Shown here in pieces: positions 1-9,269 of a stretch of 64,000 nt of DNA. Made by a program: the position numbers and the translations under genes. How positions within the stretch are numbered: position 1 is the stretch's first letter; every line of letters begins with the position of its first letter. Origin of the DNA: a virus. The notes under the pieces are model-generated. The model ran no database searches. It was not told the DNA's origin and worked only from the letters and a program-made list of their open reading frames with translations. The stretch is taken from the IMG/VR virus record IMGVR_UViG_3300025676_000013. One strand, 5' to 3'.

Positions 1-756
1 TGATATGGTTTGCTTCTTCCAATTCGCATCTCGCTTCGGTACATCCCACCAATTAATTTCAAATGGCTTATAATGTGAATTGCCTTCAGTGGCATCTGTC
101 CACATCTTATAGAAATGATTCATTCCATTTGGTGTAGATACGATGATAACTTTTGAGGTATTACCAGAAGAGATAGTCGGATATACAGAACGGAAGAAAT
201 CTTCTGCCATATTCTGTTGAACGAATGCAAACTCATCAAGGAAAATTAGATTGAATGAGAATCCACGAATAGAGGAGGATGATGTTGAGCCAGCAAGAAT
301 TCTTGAACCATTTTCAAGTTCTATTGAGCCCTTGTTCCATTCACAAACTCCTTGTTGAAGAAACAACGGGAGTTTCTCATATGCCATCTGTAGTCTGCCC
401 AACAATTCTCGTGATGTTGCAGATTTATTGGCAAGAATTGCTACACTCTTTTGGTCATTAAATAATACATAATGGAGCATATACGCAAGGCTAGTCTGGG
501 ATTTACCCGACTGTCTTGGACACTTAACTATAGTAAATCTTTCATCAACTAGAGTGTTGATTAATTCTTCTTGGAAAGGCCACAATTCAAACTTCATCAA
601 CCCTTTGTCCACATTAACAATGTGGATGTGGTGTTTAATGAAATAAATCGGGTCATCTCTACATTTTACGTATTCTAGAATTTCCTCTTCGGTAAATTCT
701 ATAGGTACATTAACACGTTTAAGTAGGGGATTCCCTAGATAAGTAGTAATCGTCAT
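1..756 (-). CDS. gp17: Terminase large subunit (N-terminal part; runs off the left edge)
   Basis: Manual translation MTITTYLGNPLLKR...KCPRQSGKS (Walker A)...LIFLDEFAFV (Walker B)...IIVSTPNGMNHFY; absent from the ORF track because it is truncated. Confidence 0.97.
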   Translation of the reverse strand, partial: MTITTYLGNPLLKRVNVPIEFTEEEILEYVKCRDDPIYFIKHHIHIVNVDKGLMKFELWPFQEELINTLVDERFTIVKCPRQSGKSQTSLAYMLHYVLFNDQKSVAILANKSATSRELLGRLQMAYEKLPLFLQQGVCEWNKGSIELENGSRILAGSTSSSSIRGFSFNLIFLDEFAFVQQNMAEDFFRSVYPTISSGNTSKVIIVSTPNGMNHFYKMWTDATEGNSHYKPFEINWWDVPKRDANWKKQTIS

Positions 757-771
757 AATATAAGGTTACCT

Positions 772-1146
772 TTATTCAGATGTTTTTTCTCCAACACCGT
801 CTTTTTCAATAATCTGTTGCATCAGGAATTTCATTCCATCGTCTAGTTTATCTAGTTTAGTGTTTAAAGTTTTTTGAGTGATAACCATTTCATCAAATAG
901 TTTGTTGTACTCAGCATCTTGTTTATTTCGGGCCTCAATTTGCAATAGTCTATTATTAAACTCTGAATTAGTCTTTTCACTCATTTCAATATAAACGACC
1001 ATTCGTTCAACATCTCGTATCATATCCATCATAGAAGTGATACCGAATATTATTGCGGCAACGCATATGACCTGAACCACTGTTTGAATTGTACCGATGT
1101 TTGTGCTTACTCTTTGTTGTTGCATTGTAGGTTCCTCTTGGGTCAT
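772..1146 (-). CDS. Hypothetical protein, one N-terminal TM helix plus coiled coil, between the terminase subunits
   Basis: Hydrophobic TVVQVICVAAIIFGITSMM followed by heptad-like helix; co-oriented with neighbours. Confidence 0.7.
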   Translation of the reverse strand: MTQEEPTMQQQRVSTNIGTIQTVVQVICVAAIIFGITSMMDMIRDVERMVVYIEMSEKTNSEFNNRLLQIEARNKQDAEYNKLFDEMVITQKTLNTKLDKLDDGMKFLMQQIIEKDGVGEKTSE

Positions 1147-1161
1147 AGGGAATAAATAACT

Positions 1162-1668
1162 CTAGTCATTAATCTTATCGTCACTTATTGTCTTTCCCTT
1201 TAGTATATTCTGCAAATCTGCCGTTGAACCTACATATAGATTGTTGACGTTGGTTTTTGGTGCCTCGCCCTCTCTCATATTTTTTAGTTCTTTTTGCATC
1301 TTTAGTAGTTCCATAGTCGTATCGGAAACATTTTTTATTAGACCACTAGCGACTTCATATGCTCGTGGATGTTCCATTTCTTTAGCAAGTTCTAATATTC
1401 CCTCAAGGGCCTCATTACCTCTTTCAATGAGATTATAAAGATTATCTCTTGCGTATCCATAATCTGTATCCAAATCACCCTTATGTGAGTCAGAAATCTT
1501 AGCCGACCTAGGAGTTAAACCTCTCTCCCTGCGAACACTCATTATCCTATCACTGTCTTTTGCGGGTATAATCTCTGGATAGTCGGGTTGCTCATATTGT
1601 TCTATGATATCATCAACCTTCGCATTCAATTCTTCATCTAATCTAGCGTTTACTGTTTTCTTCGCCAT
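1162..1668 (-). CDS. gp16: Terminase small subunit
   Basis: RDNLYNLIERGNEALEGILELAKEMEHPRAYEVASGLIK motif; between gp15 and gp17. Confidence 0.92.
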   Translation of the reverse strand: MAKKTVNARLDEELNAKVDDIIEQYEQPDYPEIIPAKDSDRIMSVRRERGLTPRSAKISDSHKGDLDTDYGYARDNLYNLIERGNEALEGILELAKEMEHPRAYEVASGLIKNVSDTTMELLKMQKELKNMREGEAPKTNVNNLYVGSTADLQNILKGKTISDDKIND

Positions 1669-1684
1669 AATCTAAAACTCCTAA

Positions 1685-2494
1685 TCAATCAAGCGGCCAC
1701 TTCACTGGCGCCATAGTATCTACGTCTTCTGTGTTATTTGGGTCATCTGGATGCCCTGCTTCAAGTGCCACAGTCCAATTATCATCAGCATCAGAACCCC
1801 AAGGGTCTACGCTCATATTTACTTGTTCGAGTGGCGCTTCCCCATCTGCTGGGTCTAGCGAACCAACCATATAATTTGTAACAACCTTTTTGATAATTCC
1901 TTGCTCGTGTATTGGTGGATATAACCAACCACGAATTAAAAAGTCTAATTGCCAATTGACAATTCGATGGTCGCCAAAAGTACCTTCAAATTCATCCGTC
2001 ATTGTGACACCTGTTAATTCGATAGGAATATCTCTCTTCATATCTAATTCAGGAACTTCTTCAATAACGACATTGAAATCTGGTTGAAAATATGGTACAA
2101 TTTGCTCTATAATCTGTAAGCCATCATCCATCAAATCACAATATACATCAAGTGTAAATGTGAAATTGTATGGGATTGGCGATAATATCGTATGTGCTTT
2201 GTCTGTACCAGTCTTATTAAATCTATGTGTCTGCATCTGATTACCCGCACGGGAGTAATCTGCTTCAATACCGTTAAGAATAAATCCCATTCTAGGGACT
2301 TGTTTGTTTGTAGCGGCATCTTTAATCAGCCTTGCTAGATATTTCTTCTGAGACTCATATGCTAGAGGTACTCGAATATCTTTAATTAATGTACCATCTG
2401 ATTCGGTTCTTTGAACGTGAATATTATTAAACACTGAGCCGAACGCAATAATGAGTTTCTTCGTTGTTCCGTGATAAAAAGTAGTTCCGAACAT
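1685..2494 (-). CDS. gp15: Tail sheath stabiliser / terminator
   Basis: FYHGTTKKLIIAFGSVFNNI, VPLAY, QIIEQIVPYFQPDFN motifs; synteny. Confidence 0.93.
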   Translation of the reverse strand: MFGTTFYHGTTKKLIIAFGSVFNNIHVQRTESDGTLIKDIRVPLAYESQKKYLARLIKDAATNKQVPRMGFILNGIEADYSRAGNQMQTHRFNKTGTDKAHTILSPIPYNFTFTLDVYCDLMDDGLQIIEQIVPYFQPDFNVVIEEVPELDMKRDIPIELTGVTMTDEFEGTFGDHRIVNWQLDFLIRGWLYPPIHEQGIIKKVVTNYMVGSLDPADGEAPLEQVNMSVDPWGSDADDNWTVALEAGHPDDPNNTEDVDTMAPVKWPLD

Positions 2495-3108
2495 TAGTTA
2501 GTACTCCCAAAAGGATTCATCTCTGATAAATCAAAAACATCATCATCCATAGTATCCCAATCTGGTGTACCAAGTTCACTGTCGATTGCGGCCTGTATTT
2601 CAGCCTCTACGCCTTCTATTTCAGCATCAACAACATCAATTGCTTCACCACCATATTCCCAAGGTTTAAGCGTTAAAGTCCACACGTGTTGTGGTCCTTC
2701 TGGCGTTGGATAGAATGAACTGTCATTGCCTACAAATGTTACTTCAAATAATGCTTCTGCATCTGCAAAGAATAACAAATCTCCTGCAATTGGTTTATCA
2801 TCGTCTGTAGCCGCGGTTTGTTCTGCAAATGATGCCTTCGTAAAGGAAACTTTCATTTCGTCTGTAACAGACACACCAAATTTGCCGTAGAAATCTCCGA
2901 CATCTCCGTATTCTTGGTAATCGTCAATCAGGATATTAAACTGCCATACAGTATCAAACTTGCTCGTGGGGTCTTCCCCAAAAACAGGGTCGAGACCAGT
3001 CCCATACTTCCGCGGAAGATACTTTGCAGTAAACCCAATTACGGCAACTACTTCTTCAACGATATCCTTAATCATTGGCGATTTGGACATATTATCGAAC
3101 ATACCCAT
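2494..3108 (-). CDS. gp14: Neck protein
   Basis: YLPRKY..LDPVFGEDPTSKF, KFGVSVTDE, PIAGDLLFF; between gp13 and gp15. Confidence 0.9.
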   Translation of the reverse strand: MGMFDNMSKSPMIKDIVEEVVAVIGFTAKYLPRKYGTGLDPVFGEDPTSKFDTVWQFNILIDDYQEYGDVGDFYGKFGVSVTDEMKVSFTKASFAEQTAATDDDKPIAGDLLFFADAEALFEVTFVGNDSSFYPTPEGPQHVWTLTLKPWEYGGEAIDVVDAEIEGVEAEIQAAIDSELGTPDWDTMDDDVFDLSEMNPFGSTN

Positions 3109-3112
3109 CGTA

Positions 3113-3925
3113 TTATCCTACTAAGAAATTAACCGGAAGTTCATAATTAAGTGAAAATTCTTCTTGAAGTTTCTCAATCTCTTCTTTCGCTTCATCCCAA
3201 ACTTGTTGCCCATTTACTGTAATCCCACCAGGCAATGGCATTCCGTCAAATTGTTTCATATTTGCACCCCATTGCTGTTTTATCTGAGCAGTGGCATACT
3301 TCTTCACCCATTCATCGTTATATACATCTACAGCGAATCCGGTTGCTTCATCTGGAGTAACTGCTTTCCACGCCCTTAGAAGCATAGAGTGTCCTTTAGT
3401 CCAAGTACCTGAAGCGGCTTCACAAGCGGCTTGAGTTAGTATCGTATCATCTGAACAACTTGGTCCAATGATTTTGCCAGAGTGTGAGTGTAATTGATTT
3501 GTTGCTTTATTGAAAGAAAATGTTCTGTCTGGATTAAAATAACTGGCAACCATATCTAAATGTTGCATTGTTATTTCATAATATGCCATACTAACTTTGG
3601 TCATATCAAACATCTCATCCGCCATAATCTTGTAACGGACATCATTCATTGCTTCTGAGGAGAATCGTCCTGGCTCAAATATCCTAGTTACTGCTATAAT
3701 TGATTCATCTAGCGTAATATACTGATTAGTAGCATCAAGCGCCGTGAACTCTACAGTAAGAAACTTTTCCTCTGCACCATCAAAATGTCGCTCAATGAAG
3801 AGTTGAATCGCATCATCAATTCGGTCGAATGCCTGTATAGGCTCGACTTGAATTTCTATCTTAGGAGAACCTAGTTTCCTAAAAGCGTAATCCATTAACT
3901 CCTGTGCTGTCTGTATTTTTGCCAT
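3113..3925 (-). CDS. gp13: Neck protein, with inserted Cys module
   Basis: RKLGSPKIEI..., WVKKYATAQIKQQWGANMKQFDGMPLPGGITVNG. Confidence 0.95.
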   Translation of the reverse strand: MAKIQTAQELMDYAFRKLGSPKIEIQVEPIQAFDRIDDAIQLFIERHFDGAEEKFLTVEFTALDATNQYITLDESIIAVTRIFEPGRFSSEAMNDVRYKIMADEMFDMTKVSMAYYEITMQHLDMVASYFNPDRTFSFNKATNQLHSHSGKIIGPSCSDDTILTQAACEAASGTWTKGHSMLLRAWKAVTPDEATGFAVDVYNDEWVKKYATAQIKQQWGANMKQFDGMPLPGGITVNGQQVWDEAKEEIEKLQEEFSLNYELPVNFLVG

Positions 3926-3951
3926 AATTTACCTCGTATTCATTTCTTGTT

Positions 3952-4320
3952 CTATTTATGTTGTTTCAATTCTTTCATAATTGTCTTGTACTGCTTCCTT
4001 ATGGACCATCTGAACCTTAGTATCGTATAGATAAACGTAGAAATTGTGAGTGAATATCCAATATGGATTACGGCTTGAATCATATGTGGTTGTCCTTGTT
4101 GGTCTACGGCCATCATTGCCATCGTTTGTAAATCTGTATAACACAGGAAACAGTTATATGAACTGTAGAACTCTATGAGGGCTCCGAGCAAAATTGCAGA
4201 GCGTGCCCAACAGGAATAATACTTTCTGTGACGTAATGTAAAGAAGAATGCTCCGAAGGCTAGGGCTGTTACTATTATTGAGAGATATTTCTCGACTTCA
4301 AAAATTATTGTTGTATCCAT
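3952..4320 (-). CDS. Membrane protein (about 3 TM), holin candidate
   Basis: Three hydrophobic segments and a basic C-terminus; adjacent to an XhlA-like gene. Confidence 0.55.
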   Translation of the reverse strand: MDTTIIFEVEKYLSIIVTALAFGAFFFTLRHRKYYSCWARSAILLGALIEFYSSYNCFLCYTDLQTMAMMAVDQQGQPHMIQAVIHIGYSLTISTFIYTILRFRWSIRKQYKTIMKELKQHK

Positions 4321-4327
4321 TATAGTC

Positions 4328-4597
4328 TCATCCGCTCTTAATCCAATATATCACCAGGCCAATGCCAGCGGACAATATAAGCCAAAAGAGCCTCTCTCCG
4401 TTACCTATCTGCATTTTGCTAGTAGAAATGTCTACCTGTTGGTCATCGGTTTGGTCAATTAGTTTATCCAACTTCTTTTCGATGCGGTCCACAGAGTTGT
4501 AAACCGTTTTCATCTGTTCTTCAAGTCGGGTAATTCTTTCTTTCATATTATCAATACCGGACCACAGTCTTTCTAGCGTTTCTCTTCCTGTGTCCAT
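4328..4597 (-). CDS. XhlA/hemolysin-like coiled-coil plus C-terminal TM protein
   Basis: ERITRLEEQMKTVYNSVDRIEKKLDKL coil followed by RLFWLILSAGIGLVIYWI. Confidence 0.6.
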   Translation of the reverse strand: MDTGRETLERLWSGIDNMKERITRLEEQMKTVYNSVDRIEKKLDKLIDQTDDQQVDISTSKMQIGNGERLFWLILSAGIGLVIYWIKSG

Positions 4598-4666
4598 ATT
4601 TTCCCTAACGTATATATAATTGTGTTACTTTAAAATTAAATAGTCTCTTCTAAGTGGCTATAATAG

Positions 4667-4674
4667 TATTTATA
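4667..4674 (-). promoter_or_regulatory. T4-type late promoter TATAAATA
   Basis: tatttata on + strand, upstream of the 4597->gp13 unit. Confidence 0.75.
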
Positions 4675-4700
4675 TAAAAGTGTGAGTTGGAGATGATATT

Positions 4701-5945
4701 ATGAATAAACGAATTTATGTAGTGGGTGATGTGATGCTAGACACATACTGGTCAGGAGTCTCGACCCGTATCTCGCCTGAATGTCCCGTACCAGTAGTAG
4801 ATGATGTGCAGATAGAAAATCGACTAGGAGGCGCTGGTAACGTCTGCCAGTCGCTTAAAGTATTTACAGACGATGTAGTGCTTTACTCTGTGGTTGGTCT
4901 GGATAGAGAGGGTGCTACTGTCGCCCAACTACTTGCTGATAGCGACATCACAAACAACTTGGCTCTGGGCCCAGAGTCAAAAACAGTCACTAAAACACGT
5001 ATACTGTCGAATGACCAACAACTCTGTCGATTAGACAGTGGGTACGTTAAAGACGCTCCTCCCTCATTTGGAGAGTCACCAGACGTTGTTATAATAAGCG
5101 ATTATGGCAAGGGTACGATAACACCTGAAGTAATTGACAAGATTATCTATGATAACGACTGCCCTATTCTAGTTGACCCAAAAGGAACAAACTGGGAAAA
5201 GTACACTGGTGTCTACGCAATAACTCCTAATAGAAAAGAATTTGAAGATGCGTATGGAGAATTGACATTTGAAAACGCTACAGAGGTTATAGAAGATTTG
5301 GATATACAAGGAATTCTAATAACTCTAGGTGCAAATGGAATGTGGTGGATTGGTAAAGACGGCACATCTATTATAAGACCAGTACCTGAAATCGACCAAG
5401 TTCGAGATGTTACTGGCGCAGGAGATACCGTAATCGCAACCTTTGGTCTATTTCTAGATAGAGGGATTACAGTTGCTATGGATTTAGCAAATAGGGCCGC
5501 TGGTAATGTTGTAACTAAATTAGGTACATCGATTCCAGACAAGGAGGCCGTTGTTGAGACTGTAGTATTCACAAACGGGTGCTTTGACATCATTCATTCA
5601 GGACATATCTCCTTGCTCAATCAGGCATCTTCGTTTGGAGACAGGCTGGTGGTAGGGCTAAATAGTGATGCTTCGATGACTCGAATTAAACGAAAACCTG
5701 TTAATAGTCAAGAAGAAAGGAAAAAAGTATTAGAAGCAATTACAGGAGTTGATAATGTAATTATATTTGAAGAAAATACACCATATGACTTGATTAAATC
5801 ATTAGAACCTGATATAATAGTGAAAGGCGGTGATTACACAGTTGACCAAGTTGTCGGAAACGATTTAGCAGAGGTCAAGATTATCGATACTATTAAAGGC
5901 AAAAGTACAAGTGAAACAATAGAGAGAGCAAAATATGTCAGATAA
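4701..5945 (+). CDS. hldE: Bifunctional heptose-7-phosphate kinase / heptose-1-phosphate adenylyltransferase
   Basis: VVGDVMLD, RISPECPVPV, SDYGKG, DVTGAGDT (PfkB kinase) plus FTNGCFDIIHSGH, VVGLNSDAS, KGGDY (nucleotidyltransferase). Confidence 0.95.
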   Translation: MNKRIYVVGDVMLDTYWSGVSTRISPECPVPVVDDVQIENRLGGAGNVCQSLKVFTDDVVLYSVVGLDREGATVAQLLADSDITNNLALGPESKTVTKTRILSNDQQLCRLDSGYVKDAPPSFGESPDVVIISDYGKGTITPEVIDKIIYDNDCPILVDPKGTNWEKYTGVYAITPNRKEFEDAYGELTFENATEVIEDLDIQGILITLGANGMWWIGKDGTSIIRPVPEIDQVRDVTGAGDTVIATFGLFLDRGITVAMDLANRAAGNVVTKLGTSIPDKEAVVETVVFTNGCFDIIHSGHISLLNQASSFGDRLVVGLNSDASMTRIKRKPVNSQEERKKVLEAITGVDNVIIFEENTPYDLIKSLEPDIIVKGGDYTVDQVVGNDLAEVKIIDTIKGKSTSETIERAKYVR

Positions 5946-6375
5946 AATTATTAAAGGATGGGGTCACGAACTCATCATTGAAAGCAATGAAACCTACTGT
6001 ATGAAACAACTCTGTTTCTTTGCAAAGGGACACAAATCATCCTTTCACTTCCACAAAAACAAAACAGAAACTTGGTTAATACAAAAAGGTTCTGTTTCAG
6101 TTGAAATGATGGATATGAAAGATGCGACCACTAGAACTATTATTTTAAAAGAGGGAGATACGCTTCATATACCGCCAATGACTCCTCATCAAGTAACTAA
6201 TCTAATCCCAGAAACAGTTATCCTCGAGGCATCTAGTAAAGACACACCCGAGGATAATTATCGTATTGCACCTGGAGATTCTCAGAAACTAGGAAAAAGA
6301 CCTACTCAGTTTGTCCAAGAGGACATAAAACCAGGCGATTATACTAGGGGAGAAAAACGAGACATTATGGTCTAG
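5935..6375 (+). CDS. Cupin-fold protein, sugar isomerase/epimerase-like
   Basis: KGWGHE...SFHFHKNKTETW...GDTLHIPPMTPHQ cupin metal motif; overlaps hldE end. Confidence 0.8.
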   Translation: MSDKIIKGWGHELIIESNETYCMKQLCFFAKGHKSSFHFHKNKTETWLIQKGSVSVEMMDMKDATTRTIILKEGDTLHIPPMTPHQVTNLIPETVILEASSKDTPEDNYRIAPGDSQKLGKRPTQFVQEDIKPGDYTRGEKRDIMV

Positions 6376-7474
6376 CAGGAATAGAGAATCCTGCGTTATC
6401 CATATTTGCACAAGTGTACGTTTGATAATGCAGGGCTAATTCTTCAGGCATTGGGATATAACGAATAGCATCTTCATCACCGTCAACCACTTCTAGTGCT
6501 AATTCAAGGAATGAACGAACCTCACCCATACCAACATTATATACGCCACTTCGTGCTTGACTCATTGCATTTATTGTACAATACACGGCCGCTTCAACGG
6601 TAATAAAGTCTCGTTTGAATTGGTCTGAACCAATAAACAAACTAACTTTACCACTTTTAGCATATTGTTCTTTCATCCAACAAGTCGCAGATTTCATACC
6701 ATCTTTATGTTGTTCGTGTTCTCCATCTGAAGTAACATTAAAATATCTTAGACCAACAATTTTTGCTTTGTCAAGAGAATCAAATTTCCTCTGGTATTTA
6801 TCTGCTTGAAGTTTTGATAATGCGTAATAATTGTTTGGTGTGTAATCATCACTCTTATCATCAAACTCGGCCCACTCTTTATCAATATCCCCATAGACAG
6901 CGGCAGAAGAAGCATAGACCATTGGAACATTATTCATAGCACAAATGTCCATAAGATTGCAGGTATATTGATAGTTATTTTCCATCAAATATTTCCCATC
7001 AGTACAAGTAGTGGCACTTTCAGCACCAAGATGATAAAGACACTCTACCATTTTATTCTGCACCATAAATGAGAACAATTCAATAAATTTAGATTTGTCT
7101 ATGTAGTCTTGGAATTTAAGGTGTTTGATGTTATGAATTTTTCTTGGGTCAGACAAATCATCAACTAGAATGATATTCTCTTGTCCTCGTGCATTCAAAT
7201 TCTTTATCAAATGAGTACCAATAAATCCTGCTCCACCAGTAACGATAATTAATTTATCGCCACCGAACTGCCCGATTGCATCTTCTGGAGCGGCGTGTTC
7301 CTCTGGGTCAGGCGGACGTTGCATTAACTCCTCAGTTTGTGGTGCGGCGTGTACCTCTAACACCTCATTCTCTTCATCCAAATCGTGGTTCGGGTCATCA
7401 CCCATTACGTGACCATCTCTGATATTCATCATATCTTCATTAGTAAGTTGGCTAACATCTTTCTTATCAGTCAT
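6365..7474 (-). CDS. hldD: ADP-L-glycero-D-manno-heptose 6-epimerase with acidic N-terminal extension
   Basis: IIVTGGAGFIG...IILVDDL..DYIDK, HLGAESATT, YASSAAVYG, YALSK, GLRYFNV. Confidence 0.88.
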   Translation of the reverse strand: MTDKKDVSQLTNEDMMNIRDGHVMGDDPNHDLDEENEVLEVHAAPQTEELMQRPPDPEEHAAPEDAIGQFGGDKLIIVTGGAGFIGTHLIKNLNARGQENIILVDDLSDPRKIHNIKHLKFQDYIDKSKFIELFSFMVQNKMVECLYHLGAESATTCTDGKYLMENNYQYTCNLMDICAMNNVPMVYASSAAVYGDIDKEWAEFDDKSDDYTPNNYYALSKLQADKYQRKFDSLDKAKIVGLRYFNVTSDGEHEQHKDGMKSATCWMKEQYAKSGKVSLFIGSDQFKRDFITVEAAVYCTINAMSQARSGVYNVGMGEVRSFLELALEVVDGDEDAIRYIPMPEELALHYQTYTCANMDNAGFSIPARP

Positions 7475-9269
7475 CTGTTTTCTCCTTGTTTTTCACTTCA
7501 ATAATTAGATTATTATCTGGTATGTACAAATATTCAATATCACTATCTCGTAAAGTTCTGATAGCATCATCGATTGTTTCTACCAGAGGTTCACCACCTA
7601 AATTAAACGATGTATTAAATAAGATAGGTACTCCAGTTTGAATGTGAAATTCTTTTATCATTGCATAGTAAATTGGATTCTGGTGTTCTTTAACAGTCTG
7701 AATCCTACACGTACCATCTATATGGATAATTGCAGGAATCATTGCCGCGTGTTCTTCAGTAGCACAATTCATTGCGTACATCATATGAGGAGATTCTTCC
7801 ATTCCTCTCATATCGAACCACTCATCGGCGTGTTCGTGAAGAATGCTTCCAGCAAATGGCCGGAAATATTCTCTATGTTTTACTGAGTTAACGTAATCTT
7901 TTCCTTCTGGTGTTCTTGGGTCATATAAGATAGAACGATTACCCAATGCTCGTGGACCATTCTCACACTTGCTTTGAAACAATGTAACAATATTCCCTTG
8001 CAAAATTAGTTTAACAGCATCTTCTGGAGTTTGATTATTTGTAACAGCGGTTGCTCCATAGGCTTTCGCAATCTCAACAATCTCATCATCAGTTGATTTC
8101 ACTTCTGGACCAAGAAACAATGACTCACCAAACGGACGAACTGTTTTGTCTTTAGTAACATTATAGTGAATAAGTAATGCCGCACCCATAGCGGTACCAG
8201 CATCATTTGATATAGGCTCAACATATAGATTAATGCCTTCTTCTTTTAATTGCTCAAGATACCAATAATTAGCAACACAATTTAGACCATAACCACCAGA
8301 AATGACAACATTTTTATTGCCACTCATTGCTACGGCTTTACGAATGAGCGTAAGTACCATTGATTGAGATTCAGTTTGAATAGCATATGCCATATCTCTA
8401 CGATTTTGTAGTAGAGTTACATCACCCTTCATCTCCTCTTCTGTACTTGTTAATGATTCATATCTGCCTTCATTGACAAGAGCACCATTAGGATAAGTTG
8501 GAATAATGACATTTCTATCAGTAGTCAACCACTTTCCACTTGGTCCGCCATCTGTGTAAATTGCAGGAATATCTTCGTTATATTTTCCGTAAGGGAAAAG
8601 ACCCATAGTCTTTCCTGCTTCAATGGGCTGCCATCCACAATATTGTGTAACTGCCTCATATGCTTTTACGATACCACCAGAATCATCAAGAACTAGTTCG
8701 TGTCTGCCTTCTTCTGCTTCTCGACCAGAATCCATATCTTTAACAGTAACAGAGGGCCAAGGGCCTCGACCACCCTGGTGTTTATAAAGAGTTTTAAATC
8801 TGTCTGGATAAGCACAATCAAAAATCGACTCTAGTTCCCAAGTCATTTCTTCTGCACCATTAATATTCATTGGAATGAAAGTTCCTGCACCATCAACAAT
8901 AAGAGCAACGGCAGATTCAAATCCACTTCGATAAAACGCACAAGAGGCGTGCATCTTGTGATGCCATTTATCCATCATTATTACTTGGTTGTTCGGGTCG
9001 TTAATTAGTCGCAATTTCCTGGCAAGTCCTACTATCACTTTATCGCCACTAAATTCTACTCGACTTTCATCTGGTTGAGTGTGACTAACAACAAGATAAT
9101 CAATCTTATCGGTGTATTCTAGAATTTTAACAAGGGAGGCATAAGGACCACCATCATATTTTTGTCTTGAAAGGCGTTCTTCTTCGATAGAGAAAACAAT
9201 TTCACCATCTTTCAATAAACATACCCCACCATTGTGGCCTCGGGCAACGCCTGCAATCCATAAACTCAT
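7467..9269 (-). CDS. Carbamoyltransferase, NodU/CmcH/TobZ family, copy A
   Basis: HNGG, EEERLSRQK, HHKMHA, VDGAG, GKTMGL, GPRALGNRSIL, HREYFRPFA, NTSFNLGGEP. Confidence 0.95.
   Translation of the reverse strand: MSLWIAGVARGHNGGVCLLKDGEIVFSIEEERLSRQKYDGGPYASLVKILEYTDKIDYLVVSHTQPDESRVEFSGDKVIVGLARKLRLINDPNNQVIMMDKWHHKMHASCAFYRSGFESAVALIVDGAGTFIPMNINGAEEMTWELESIFDCAYPDRFKTLYKHQGGRGPWPSVTVKDMDSGREAEEGRHELVLDDSGGIVKAYEAVTQYCGWQPIEAGKTMGLFPYGKYNEDIPAIYTDGGPSGKWLTTDRNVIIPTYPNGALVNEGRYESLTSTEEEMKGDVTLLQNRRDMAYAIQTESQSMVLTLIRKAVAMSGNKNVVISGGYGLNCVANYWYLEQLKEEGINLYVEPISNDAGTAMGAALLIHYNVTKDKTVRPFGESLFLGPEVKSTDDEIVEIAKAYGATAVTNNQTPEDAVKLILQGNIVTLFQSKCENGPRALGNRSILYDPRTPEGKDYVNSVKHREYFRPFAGSILHEHADEWFDMRGMEESPHMMYAMNCATEEHAAMIPAIIHIDGTCRIQTVKEHQNPIYYAMIKEFHIQTGVPILFNTSFNLGGEPLVETIDDAIRTLRDSDIEYLYIPDNNLIIEVKNKEKTDD
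9175..9215. repeat. 41-bp exact direct repeat (partner at 10965..11005) near the 5' ends of both carbamoyltransferase genes
   Basis: cgttcttcttcgatagagaaaacaatttcaccatctttcaa at both sites. Confidence 0.9.

Noticed and set aside
4636-4664. Sigma70 promoter for hldE
   Set aside because: TATAAT is present at 4659-64 but there is no credible -35 or extended -10, so timing of hldE expression cannot be inferred.
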